Source: Fidelibacterota bacterium (GTDB lineage Bacteria; Fidelibacterota; UBA2242). Taken from it: a stretch of DNA of 64,000 nucleotides. Position 1 is the first letter of the stretch. Every line of letters begins with the position of its first letter. The position numbers and the translations under genes are program-made. The stretch spans positions 34,360-98,359 of the forward strand of contig JBNGDF010000006.1 in the NCBI GenBank assembly GCA_049975265.1, in the 5' to 3' direction. The notes beneath the pieces are model-generated. The model worked only from the letters and a program-made list of their open reading frames with translations. It searched no databases and was not told where the DNA came from. Below, in pieces: positions 1 to 9,546 of this stretch.

Positions 1-1119
1 GGTAAGAAATCCGTCCCTGAGGGAAGCCACCACCGCCAGATCTATTCGGTTTGAGAACCTGTTAAACGGAATCCCAATACCACAGCTCACCCCCATCTCA
101 TGCAGACCGCCCGATTGATAGACCGCCGCACTCTTATAAAAAACGCCGCCGCGCCAGGAGAGTCGCTGCCAATAGGATGAATAGAGTTTCGGAGACGGCA
201 ATCTCTCAATTCCAATCCCTACATAAAAAGGATTCTGGGCTCCAGATGTATTAATAACGTAAAAATCCTCATATAAATCCGGCGACACCAGCGCATATCC
301 CAGATCCGCCGAAATTGCCAGCGAACCTCCTAATGTCTTGCGGGCTCCCAACTGAATTGCGGTCGGAAACGGAATTGACCGGCTGCCAGAAGTTGTATCG
401 TCGCCGAAATAGTAATCGTAATAATGGTAATAATCAAACGCTAAATTGCGTGAATAAGTGGCGGCGAGCTCAAAATTTCTTTTGGAATTAATCCAATAAG
501 CACCCAACTCGATCTGAAGTCCCTCGACTCCCGCATATTTACGATAATAGGACTTCGTGCGACCATTGTCAATATCGGTCTCCATGCGGGTCAGATAGGT
601 ACCGAAAAACAGCCGCGTTTTCACCCCGCAGCTGAACCGCTCACTCCACCGATAACCGGCACCGAAAAAATACTCCGATATCCCACCCTCGACATCCACG
701 TTGGACAGATAGGGGACCGACTCTCCGTAAAAATTCACTGTGTCCTGATGGACACTAGTCCCGTGCATCCGGGAATAGGGCTGCATTCCCATGGCAAACC
801 CCATCTTTTTGCCCACCGGAAATTTAAATGAGAAGCCCAGAAACTGGGCAACCACAGAACCCGGTATCCCCACCGACGTATTGAAGGACGACATACCCAA
901 CTGTCCCTGCAGGGAGGTCGTTACAAATCCGTTCCACAGAGCCGGGTTCGAACCGTTTAAACCGATTGAATCGGGAATCGCCAGTCCGGATTGACCCAGC
1001 GCCAGAAAACGGGGCGACACCGCCGGTGACAACATACCAAAGCCATAGGAAGAATAGTATGACGTCTGCCCCAACAGAGGAATCATCAGCAGAAAAAGGA
1101 TCAGGCTCAGGCGTCTCAT
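1..1119 (-). CDS. Outer-membrane beta-barrel protein, FadL/OmpP1-like (3' end runs off the window)
   Basis: Not in the ORF track; I translated its two ends by hand. ATG at 1119 gives MRRLSLILFLLMIPLLG|QTSYYSSYGFG...LALGQSGLA...NPALW, a signal peptide plus the SxYSxYGxG...NPA N-terminus typical of FCB FadL-like barrels. The same frame reads ...GIGIPFNRFSNRIDL near the window edge. Confidence 0.65.
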   Translation of the reverse strand, partial: MRRLSLILFLLMIPLLGQTSYYSSYGFGMLSPAVSPRFLALGQSGLAIPDSIGLNGSNPALWNGFVTTSLQGQLGMSSFNTSVGIPGSVVAQFLGFSFKFPVGKKMGFAMGMQPYSRMHGTSVHQDTVNFYGESVPYLSNVDVEGGISEYFFGAGYRWSERFSCGVKTRLFFGTYLTRMETDIDNGRTKSYYRKYAGVEGLQIELGAYWINSKRNFELAATYSRNLAFDYYHYYDYYFGDDTTSGSRSIPFPTAIQLGARKTLGGSLAISADLGYALVSPDLYEDFYVINTSGAQNPFYVGIGIERLPSPKLYSSYWQRLSWRGGVFYKSAAVYQSGGLHEMGVSCGIGIPFNRFSNRIDLAVVASLRDGFLT

Positions 1120-1125
1120 ACGGTG

Positions 1126-2424
1126 TTATCTTTCTTTCATCTGCAAAATCTGAATCCGTGGGCGATATTGCTCCAGATTCTGGTCGGAAGCGTTGTAGAG
1201 GCTCAAACTTGCAATATTCGAGAACGACGGAAGTGTGTATAGTACGATTCCGTAATTGGCGGAATACCCACTGATTACACCCTGAATCAACGATTTGATA
1301 CTGATTATCACACTGTCTCCGGTCGCCGCAACGGAGGCGGAGTAGGTGTAGGATTCCTGAGCCGGATCATAACCCGGAATCAACACCGGATTGCCGGATT
1401 CATCGAGACTGTCCTGCATGACAATATTCGAATCCACCACATTGATATACAGATTGAACAGCTCCCCGTAATTGTAGGTCTGTGCCGGATCGATTTTCAG
1501 TTTCAAATCCGCCCGGGCGATGACCGCGTTCTCATCGGGGAGAAGATTCTCAAAGTTAAACTTCAACAGGCAGAAGCCGGCACGACCGGAGCTTATACTG
1601 AACCGGGTGGCAGGACTGAGTGACTGCTTAAACCGGATAATCGACAAATCTGCGGTAGGGAGTATATCACTTTTAAGTGTATCATCGGCAACCACGTACG
1701 TTACACCAATCCGGGGATAATCGGAAGCCTCGCTGGAATAAAATGCCTGAACAGCAGCAACCGTTGTATCCGCTTGCTGGAACACCAGTGTATAATCATC
1801 TATACTCTCGTCGTACCAACCGGAAACCAGGGCTGGATCCAGCGGGATGCTGACTGTGTCTGTATCGGCGGCGGAATAAGTAAATACAGTCTTCCGGTCA
1901 AGACCATAATCCGCGATATGGAAATTGCGCACATGGCTGCTGTCCTCTGTCCAGGGATCGACGCCCTCATTCATCAACTGGTCTACGTTAATAGTCATAT
2001 CCGGAAAAGGGAGATCATTCAGGCGGTACTGTTTGGCTGCGGTCAGTATCAATCGCGCCGTTAAAAAACGATCAATAGAATCGGGTAAAAAATAGCCGAC
2101 ATCTCCGAATTTCATCAGCGTGTACGCATGAACATTTTCATCATCGCCCACATAGAGCAGTGTGGAGTTTCCAATGCCCGGTTGGACCACACCCTGCGCA
2201 TACCGCATCGAATCGGCGGGAATGGTCAGTGTTCGTCGTTCAAAGAGGTCATCCAGATTCTGAATCGTCGGAATTTTTTCCTCACACGCCGCCAGCAGCA
2301 GCATTATCACAACAGACAGAGCCCCACCGATTAAAAATATATTAGGCGTCCGCCCCGCTATTTTCAGACATCTTGGCAGATGTCGTTGGGATTTATAGCT
2401 GATCCACGATTTTAATAATTTCAT
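1126..2424 (-). CDS. Predicted lipoprotein, DUF4270-like; start codon uncertain (probably downstream of 2424)
   Basis: Hydrophobic stretch ending in lipobox LLAAC and a D/S/T-rich body. Lies directly downstream of a truncated glycogen synthase gene, as DUF4270 genes do in Bacteroidota. Confidence 0.55.
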   Translation of the reverse strand: MKLLKSWISYKSQRHLPRCLKIAGRTPNIFLIGGALSVVIMLLLAACEEKIPTIQNLDDLFERRTLTIPADSMRYAQGVVQPGIGNSTLLYVGDDENVHAYTLMKFGDVGYFLPDSIDRFLTARLILTAAKQYRLNDLPFPDMTINVDQLMNEGVDPWTEDSSHVRNFHIADYGLDRKTVFTYSAADTDTVSIPLDPALVSGWYDESIDDYTLVFQQADTTVAAVQAFYSSEASDYPRIGVTYVVADDTLKSDILPTADLSIIRFKQSLSPATRFSISSGRAGFCLLKFNFENLLPDENAVIARADLKLKIDPAQTYNYGELFNLYINVVDSNIVMQDSLDESGNPVLIPGYDPAQESYTYSASVAATGDSVIISIKSLIQGVISGYSANYGIVLYTLPSFSNIASLSLYNASDQNLEQYRPRIQILQMKER

Positions 2425-3232
2425 CGGCTAAATTTTGCCACTCTTCCGGCGTTTCATTTGAGAGATTATAGGTCGTGATTTTCGAGCTGTTTTGCTTAAA
2501 CAGCTTGCTGAATACCGGGTCTGCCAGGTAGGATTTTTGCAGGTCTTCATTCTCGGTGTTAATGAGTAATGTATGATCGCTGAGTTTATACGCCGCGGCG
2601 ACACAATCGATTTTGGTATTCTTTTCGACTAACTCCTGGTCCAGGTTTGTCAATCCGACCTGTTCATAATCGGCGACCCGATATTTCGAAAGCGGATTTT
2701 TGGAATGCAGAATCTGAAGTATTTTGACGTCCTGAAAATAATCGTTCTCCAGCATCCCCGCTTTGATCACCAGAGGAATAAGACTCATCTGCCAGTCATT
2801 CAGGATGATCGCTTCCGGTTTCCAGCGCAGATAATTCAGGGTCGTCAGTGCGGCGGCGGCAAAATAGCAGAAACGCAGCGTATTGCGGTTCTTGTCACCA
2901 TCGGATTCCTGATACAGATCCTGCGGATCGTTGGAGTAAAAATCGTCGTGTTCGAGAAAATAGACCTGCACCTTGGTATTCGGAATAAATGCCGACTTGA
3001 CACTGGCTTTGACCGGCTGACTCAGAAAGGTCAAATCCATTTCGCGCAGGCGGATGACTTCCCGTAAAATATAGCGTCGCTCGCTGATGAAGGAGTACTT
3101 CGGCATCATCAGGCGAAAATCGTATTTACGTTCATTAAAGACAATAGGAATTTCCTTTGAAAACGTAGCCAGCTGATAGCTTTCAGCAAAAGGTACGATT
3201 TCGGAGGTCAAAAAATATATTCGTTTAATCAT
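2393..3232 (-). CDS. Glycogen/starch synthase N-terminal domain-only protein (Glyco_transf_5-like)
   Basis: SEIVPF, MPKY, ILREVIRL, VYFLE, NDWQ motifs; only 279 aa; the KTGGL motif is replaced by ESYQL. Confidence 0.75.
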   Translation of the reverse strand: MIKRIYFLTSEIVPFAESYQLATFSKEIPIVFNERKYDFRLMMPKYSFISERRYILREVIRLREMDLTFLSQPVKASVKSAFIPNTKVQVYFLEHDDFYSNDPQDLYQESDGDKNRNTLRFCYFAAAALTTLNYLRWKPEAIILNDWQMSLIPLVIKAGMLENDYFQDVKILQILHSKNPLSKYRVADYEQVGLTNLDQELVEKNTKIDCVAAAYKLSDHTLLINTENEDLQKSYLADPVFSKLFKQNSSKITTYNLSNETPEEWQNLADEIIKIVDQL

Positions 3233-4103
3233 GGCTCTGTTTCACAAATTGTTTGGCGTTTTTAACATATTCACTCTGGGGATAATAATCGATCAAACGC
3301 TGGAATTCATCAACCGCCTGTTCCCGCTCGCCCATAGCCGCATAGCATAATCCAAGTTTAAATTGTGCGTCATCCTCTTTATTACTGTTCTTGAATGAAA
3401 ACACATTTTCGAATTCAACGATTGCACGTCTGTATTGTTTCATTGAATAAAAACACTCCCCGATCCAGTATTGGGCATTGTCGGCTAATTCATGGTCTTT
3501 GTCCTCATTTAAAAGTTGCCGGAACAGCTGAATCGCTGCTTCGTGGTCACCGTTCTGGTAACAGGTCAGGGCTTGCAGATAGCGGTCGCGGTAGCTGACT
3601 CCGGCACTATAGTTCGCGTCCGGCATTTTCGCCTCGGCAACCGATTGCTTCTCGTGCAGAATCGTCCCCAGCGATACGATCCGGTTTTCCAGTATCACCA
3701 ACTGCGACAGGATTTCAAAATTTATGCTGTCGGTGTAGCTCGCCCGCCGGGCATTCTGGGCAACCTGCCGCTGGAGGCGCACCAGTTCGTTGCTGAGTGC
3801 CGCCGTCGCCGATTCGAGCACCCGGACAGTGCTGTCCAGGCGGCTCAATTGCCCACCAAATTCAGGCTGTGGTCGCGCGGGTTCCACCGACGTTTTCACT
3901 TTCTCCGAAAGCCGGTTGACCAGATCAATGGTTTTACTCAGCCGTTCTTCCATCCCGGCAATCCGATTCTGCAATTCGATAAGTTGTTCCGTAGATTCAT
4001 CTGTTTTCGGTTTGGGTTTCGCGTTCAAACGCCCTGCCGGCGCCAGCAGCAGACTCACTGCTCCGATCAATACCATGCATAAAAGCGATTTTTTGGTTTC
4101 CAT
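3225..4103 (-). CDS. CpoB/YbgF-like coiled-coil and TPR protein
   Basis: Signal peptide, long coiled coil, C-terminal TPRs (ADNAQYWIGECFY, DDAQFKLGLCY, LIDYYPQS). ATG at 4103 preferred over 4175. Confidence 0.8.
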   Translation of the reverse strand: METKKSLLCMVLIGAVSLLLAPAGRLNAKPKPKTDESTEQLIELQNRIAGMEERLSKTIDLVNRLSEKVKTSVEPARPQPEFGGQLSRLDSTVRVLESATAALSNELVRLQRQVAQNARRASYTDSINFEILSQLVILENRIVSLGTILHEKQSVAEAKMPDANYSAGVSYRDRYLQALTCYQNGDHEAAIQLFRQLLNEDKDHELADNAQYWIGECFYSMKQYRRAIVEFENVFSFKNSNKEDDAQFKLGLCYAAMGEREQAVDEFQRLIDYYPQSEYVKNAKQFVKQSHD

Positions 4104-4201
4104 AATTATTCTTCTAAAATAAAATTGGATATAAAATCCAGTGCTGAAAGCTACAAATTTCGGTAAAAAAAACAAATTGTAATTTATATTTTTGCAAATA
4201 C

Positions 4202-5437
4202 TTATCGGCGCCGCTCCAAACTGATATTGTAGACAATCCCGATCATCGTAAAACAGCTGATCATAAATGAACCGCCGTAACTGACGAAGGGCAGCGGCAG
4301 ACCGGTAACCGGCAGCAGTCCCACGGTCATCCCGATATTGACAACCACATGAAACAACATAACACTGGCGACACCGATCACCACCAGCGAACTGAAACGG
4401 TCCCGCAGACGATAGGCGACATTGATCAGCAATGTTATCAGCGTCAGAAACAGAAGCAGTACCAGAATGACACCGACGAAGCCATATTCCTCTCCAATGA
4501 CAGAAAAGATAAAATCGTTGTGTTGCTCCGGCAGGAATTTCAGGTGGGTCTGCGTGCCGTTTCCAAGCCCCTTCCCAAACAGTCCGCCTGAACCGATGGC
4601 AACCTGTGACTGAATAACCTGATAGCCCGATCCCTGTGGATCGACATCGACGTTAAAGAGGGTCATAATGCGGTTCTGTTGATAGGGTTTCAGGCGATTC
4701 CAGAATACAGGAGTCAAAAAACCCAGCGATAAATTAAACACAAACAGCACCACAGCAGTCCAGATTTTTTCCTTACCAAAATAGAAAACCAGAATCAGGA
4801 CCAGCACCCAGATAAAAAAACTGTAAAAATTAAACGCCGTGACGATACTAAGAATCGGCGCCACAATAATAAACAGATGATAAGGTCGGGCACCTGCCCA
4901 GAACAGCATCGGGAAAACCAATAGAAAATAGATGACGGCGGTTCCCAGGTCCGGCTGCTTGATCACAATTCCCATGGGCAGCAGCACCAACAGCAGCGGT
5001 ATGATGAGTGCCCTGAAATCCGAAATGATCAGATCGCTGCGGGAGAGATAGCGGGCGACGGTAATAATGACCAGGATTTTCATAAATTCTGACGGCTGAA
5101 AGTGAATCGGTCCTAAAACAAACCAACGATTGGTGCCGGTTACCGCATCGCCCAGAAAATAGGGCAAAACAATCAGCCCGATGCCAAGCCAATAGAGCAA
5201 ATATGCACCGTCGAACAGAACCTTTTTCTGAATTAAAAAAACGACCACCATGACAATGATTCCGAGGATCATCCAAAGCAGCTGCTTCCCCACAACCTTT
5301 TTAAAAAACGGCAGATCTACCTGCAGCGAGGCGCTGTACAGTGCCAAAAGACCAGCGACACACAACAGCAGGACGGTCAACGCGAGTAGAACGTTACCGC
5401 TTGAGATGGAACTCCCGATCTGAATCCTCCTTTTCAT
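4202..5437 (-). CDS. rodA: Rod shape-determining SEDS glycosyltransferase RodA
   Basis: QPSEFMK, QPDLGTA, GYQVIQSQVAIGSGG, PEQHNDFIF, LPFVSYGGS; ATGA overlap with the mrdA stop. Confidence 0.95.
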   Translation of the reverse strand: MKRRIQIGSSISSGNVLLALTVLLLCVAGLLALYSASLQVDLPFFKKVVGKQLLWMILGIIVMVVVFLIQKKVLFDGAYLLYWLGIGLIVLPYFLGDAVTGTNRWFVLGPIHFQPSEFMKILVIITVARYLSRSDLIISDFRALIIPLLLVLLPMGIVIKQPDLGTAVIYFLLVFPMLFWAGARPYHLFIIVAPILSIVTAFNFYSFFIWVLVLILVFYFGKEKIWTAVVLFVFNLSLGFLTPVFWNRLKPYQQNRIMTLFNVDVDPQGSGYQVIQSQVAIGSGGLFGKGLGNGTQTHLKFLPEQHNDFIFSVIGEEYGFVGVILVLLLFLTLITLLINVAYRLRDRFSSLVVIGVASVMLFHVVVNIGMTVGLLPVTGLPLPFVSYGGSFMISCFTMIGIVYNISLERRR

Positions 5438-7245
5438 CGAGCAACCACCTCCGCCCGGGGCGGTTCGTAGGGTAAATTCTTTTTGCAATAGTCCAGGATT
5501 CTCCGTACCGCCACTGCCGCTTCACCACCACCCGAGCCACCATGTTCGATGATGACCGTCACAGCCAGAACCTGACCCTCTCTTTTCGAATATCCAATAA
5601 ACCAGGAATGGGAGTCGCCGTGTGGATTCTGCGCCGTACCGGTCTTCCCGTAAACATCCAGATCACGCACTCTCGCCGCCCGACCGGTACCGTTTTTCGA
5701 ATTGACAACGTCATACATCGCCATTTCGACAAATTGCCAGCTCTTGTCTGAAATACCAGTAATTGAATCGGTCTCAGAATACATAAAGGTCTGAAAACGG
5801 TTACTTTGCCGATCCAGATATTTTAATCCGAAATGGGGGATTACCAGCTTGCCATGGGTAGCCAGCGCACCGGCAAAGCGAACCATCTGAAGCGGCGTCA
5901 CCAGCAGATCGCCCTGCCCGATTACCAGATTCAGTTTATTGCCCTCCGTCCAGCCACCGACACCATACTTTTCGTTCAAAAAGTCCTCATCCGGTACCAC
6001 TCCCTGGGATTCGCCGTACAGATCGACATTTGTTAATTTCCCGAACTGAAACCGACGGGCATACTCCGCCCACAAATTCAGGTCCATTTTCCGAATCAGC
6101 GAATAAAAATAGACGTTGCAGGAGTTCACAATCGCATCATAAAGATTCATGCGCCCGTGTCCGCTAAGCTTCCAGCATTTAAATTCCCGTCGTCCCAGTC
6201 GATAGACGCCCCGACAGAACACCTCGCTCTCCGGATCGAAAATATTCTCCTCAAGAGAAGCAAATACGGCAACGAGTTTAAAGGTGGAACCGGCAGGATA
6301 GGTACCCTGAGTCGCCCGGTTGTAGAGCGGTCGGTCGGGATCGTTCAGCAGACTGTTCCAGACATCGGGTTCCACAATCCCGGAAAACAGTCCGGGAGAA
6401 TAGTCCGGCTTGCTGACCATTGCCAAAATTTCTCCGGACTCAGCATCCATGACAATCGCCGCCCCCTTCTTTTCCCTAAGCAGCTCCTCGGCGTACGCCT
6501 GTAGACCAATATCAACTGTCAAATACAGATCGTTGCCGAACCGGGGCTGGACACTGCGCTTATCTTCGATTTTCCCCACCACCTGCCCGTAAACATTGAC
6601 CTGAACATATTCAAATCCTTTTTTACCGTGTAAAATATTCTCATATTCCCGCTCGACACCATTCCAGCCGATCAGATCCCCTGCGTGATAACCATAATCT
6701 CTGATCATCTTTAAATCATCCTTATCGACCTCGCGTAAATAGCCCAGCACATGACTGAGATTTGCCGGACCGCGAAAGGATCGGATCGGTTCCAGAGAAT
6801 AGAGCACCCCCGGCAGCTCCAGGCGCCGCTCTTCAATCTCGGTCAATACATCAAAATCGATATCCGTTGCAACCCTCGCCGGCAGGAAAAGCCCGCGGTA
6901 ATTCTTCTGCACCCGGCGGCGAATCTCCTGCTCGGAAACCCCCAGAATTACGCTCAGCAACGAGTACACCGAATCGTTTTTAGCCGTCTCATAGGGAATG
7001 ATGTTCAGGTTGTATTGCGATTTATTATCAACGATAATCCGACCATTGCGATCGTAGATCAAACCCCGGGGCGCCTCTCTGGAGACGACCCGCACCTGGT
7101 TGGCTTCGGCGATGCCCGCAAACCGACTGTATTCGACAACCTGCAACTGATATAGCCTGACTCCTAAAACGACGAACAGAGTTAACGCAATCGCCAAAAA
7201 CAGAGTACGATGCAGCGATGTTGCATTGTTCTTTACATAAAACAT
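5434..7245 (-). CDS. mrdA: Penicillin-binding protein 2
   Basis: APRGLIYDRNG; STFK, SCN and KTGT active-site motifs; lies between mreD and rodA. Confidence 0.95.
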   Translation of the reverse strand: MFYVKNNATSLHRTLFLAIALTLFVVLGVRLYQLQVVEYSRFAGIAEANQVRVVSREAPRGLIYDRNGRIIVDNKSQYNLNIIPYETAKNDSVYSLLSVILGVSEQEIRRRVQKNYRGLFLPARVATDIDFDVLTEIEERRLELPGVLYSLEPIRSFRGPANLSHVLGYLREVDKDDLKMIRDYGYHAGDLIGWNGVEREYENILHGKKGFEYVQVNVYGQVVGKIEDKRSVQPRFGNDLYLTVDIGLQAYAEELLREKKGAAIVMDAESGEILAMVSKPDYSPGLFSGIVEPDVWNSLLNDPDRPLYNRATQGTYPAGSTFKLVAVFASLEENIFDPESEVFCRGVYRLGRREFKCWKLSGHGRMNLYDAIVNSCNVYFYSLIRKMDLNLWAEYARRFQFGKLTNVDLYGESQGVVPDEDFLNEKYGVGGWTEGNKLNLVIGQGDLLVTPLQMVRFAGALATHGKLVIPHFGLKYLDRQSNRFQTFMYSETDSITGISDKSWQFVEMAMYDVVNSKNGTGRAARVRDLDVYGKTGTAQNPHGDSHSWFIGYSKREGQVLAVTVIIEHGGSGGGEAAVAVRRILDYCKKNLPYEPPRAEVVAR

Positions 7246-7247
7246 GG

Positions 7248-7724
7248 TTATGACTGTCTAAAAGATAAAATATAGTCGAAGATAATAAACACCGCTGCTG
7301 TATACAGTGTATTGGGCAGAACGTACCGGAAAACCAATAGCTGAACCGGATATTCAGCCGAGTGGTAATTAATCAGAAAAAAGATCAGATAGTGAATAAA
7401 GATTATGAAACAGACAAAGGTATAAAAGGTGAAGCCGTTCAGGCGATTGTGCTGACCCTTCAGGTAACCCGCCAGAAATCCAGCCACGGTCTTGGTCAGT
7501 GCCGACAATCCGAGAAATGATCCGATGCCGATCAGGTCCATGATCATTCCGAACCCAAAACCGCACAGTTGCCCCGATACCCGTCCGAACAAAACGGCAA
7601 TAAACAGGATCAATATCAGCACAAAATCCGGTTTAACTCCCCGGATCGCCAACCAGGGCGCCACAATCAGCTGCAACAGTACAGCAAGCAAACTGAAACC
7701 GGCAATCAGACCTATTTTCTTCAT
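7248..7724 (-). CDS. mreD: Rod shape-determining protein MreD
   Basis: Hydrophobic 158 aa with GVKPDFVLI and GFGFGMIMD; operon position. Confidence 0.9.
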   Translation of the reverse strand: MKKIGLIAGFSLLAVLLQLIVAPWLAIRGVKPDFVLILILFIAVLFGRVSGQLCGFGFGMIMDLIGIGSFLGLSALTKTVAGFLAGYLKGQHNRLNGFTFYTFVCFIIFIHYLIFFLINYHSAEYPVQLLVFRYVLPNTLYTAAVFIIFDYILSFRQS

Positions 7725-8515
7725 CAGTGGGAAATAATTACAAAAACCTCTTCTACGGTGTTTAAATCGGCATTTGAACGGATAATCGCCGTCTGATAGG
7801 GTTCGTGCTCCGCCCGCCGAATCTCCACCACCTCGCCGACGACAATGTCCGGTGGATAGATTTCGCTGTATCCCGAGGTCAGCACCAACTCTCCGGGATG
7901 TATTTCCGCAGTTGCCGGAACCTCCCTGACTTCAGCCAAACCGTTCGCCCGCCACATTACAATTCCCAGCACCCGGGAATTTTGAAATTTTACACTCAGT
8001 CGGAAATTGACATCGCTATACACCTGACACTGTGTCGTCTTATCCCCCACGGCAATGGTCTTTCCGATAATTCCCCTGGTGCTGATAACCGCCCGGTTGG
8101 GCGTGACTCCATGCTTACGACCGATATTGAGCAGGATGGAATTTGCCACCGGCGATGTGCCCCGGTTGATCACCTTTGCCGGTACCAACGTATAGCTGGT
8201 GCTGTCCATAAATCCCAGCATGCTCTGCAGGCGTCGGTTTTCCCGATAGGCTTCCAGGAATTCCAGGTTTTGCAGTCTGAGCCGCATATTCTCCTGCCGC
8301 AACACCTCATTTTCCTTTAATAATCCGGATAGGTTTTGAATCCAGATATTGGGATAGTGAACAAAGGCAAACAGGTCGCTGACTTCACCCTGAAACGTCC
8401 GCAGCTCCGGCGCTTCGCTCATCATCAGGATACTGAGTGAGAGCACAATCAGGACGACTAACAGGAGATAATCATAATAGTCAAAGAAAAAGAATACAAT
8501 TTTATGCCACATCAA
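7724..8515 (-). CDS. mreC: Rod shape-determining protein MreC
   Basis: N-terminal TM helix, coiled coil ENxxLR, VLTSGYSEIYPPDIVVG; follows mreB. Confidence 0.93.
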   Translation of the reverse strand: MMWHKIVFFFFDYYDYLLLVVLIVLSLSILMMSEAPELRTFQGEVSDLFAFVHYPNIWIQNLSGLLKENEVLRQENMRLRLQNLEFLEAYRENRRLQSMLGFMDSTSYTLVPAKVINRGTSPVANSILLNIGRKHGVTPNRAVISTRGIIGKTIAVGDKTTQCQVYSDVNFRLSVKFQNSRVLGIVMWRANGLAEVREVPATAEIHPGELVLTSGYSEIYPPDIVVGEVVEIRRAEHEPYQTAIIRSNADLNTVEEVFVIISH

Positions 8516-8518
8516 AGA

Positions 8519-9532
8519 CTACACTAGGACTTCTTTGTATTTATCAATATCTTCAATAATCAGGCCGGTGCCCCGAACCACGGAAAGCAGCGGCTCTTCA
8601 GCCACATTAACCGGCAGATCGGTCTCCACCCGGATGCGCTGATCCAGCCCTTTCAGCTGCGCACCACCGCCGGTGAGAATGATACCGCGATCCAGAATAT
8701 CGGAGGACAGTTCGGGCGGGGTCATCTCCAGCGCCTGTTTGATCGCCTGGGCAATCAGATCGATGGTATCCTTGAGACATTCCCGAATTTCGACGGAGGA
8801 TACCTCGATGGTTTTGGGGATACCCGCTACCAGACTGCGCCCCTTGACCGAAATAGTGGTATCGTTAATCGGCATCGCCGACCCGACGGTGCATTTGATC
8901 CACTCCGCAGTGCGCTCACCGATCAGAAGATTATGTTCCCCTTTAAAATACTGGATAATAGCATCGTCCATCTCATCTCCGGCAATCCGGATCGCCTGCT
9001 TGGTCACAATCCCGTTCAGGGCGATAACCGCTATCTCGGTGGTTCCGCCGCCGATATCGACAATGATATTGCCCACCGGCTTGGATATGTCGATTCCGAT
9101 CCCGATCGCCGCCGCCACGGGCTCTTCCACCAGATAGACCTCCCGGGCATTGGCGCGATCAGCGGAATCCCGTACTGCCCGTTTTTCGACTTCGGTGATA
9201 CCGGAAGGAATGCAGATGACAATTCGCGGTCGTGCAATCCGGCTCATGCTGATTTTTCGAATAAATCCGCGGATCATGGCATCGGTCATCTCAAAATCCG
9301 CAATCACCCCGTCTTTCAGAGGGCGTATCGTCGTAATATCCCGGTGGGTCTTTCCGAGCATCTCCTTGGCGTCACTGCCCACCGCTAACACCTCTCCATC
9401 GTGAGTCGAGCGGGCGACTATACTCGGTTCATCCAGAAGGATTCCCTTACCCTTCATGTAGATCAGGGTATTGGCTGTACCCAGATCAATTGCGATATCA
9501 CCGCCAAAAAAGTGAAAAAACGAGAATCCCAT
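8519..9532 (-). CDS. mreB: Rod shape-determining protein MreB
   Basis: IDLGTANT, RPLKDGVIADF, VDIGGGTTE, LTGGGA. Confidence 0.98.
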   Translation of the reverse strand: MGFSFFHFFGGDIAIDLGTANTLIYMKGKGILLDEPSIVARSTHDGEVLAVGSDAKEMLGKTHRDITTIRPLKDGVIADFEMTDAMIRGFIRKISMSRIARPRIVICIPSGITEVEKRAVRDSADRANAREVYLVEEPVAAAIGIGIDISKPVGNIIVDIGGGTTEIAVIALNGIVTKQAIRIAGDEMDDAIIQYFKGEHNLLIGERTAEWIKCTVGSAMPINDTTISVKGRSLVAGIPKTIEVSSVEIRECLKDTIDLIAQAIKQALEMTPPELSSDILDRGIILTGGGAQLKGLDQRIRVETDLPVNVAEEPLLSVVRGTGLIIEDIDKYKEVLV

Positions 9533-9546
9533 AATAGCTCCAATAA

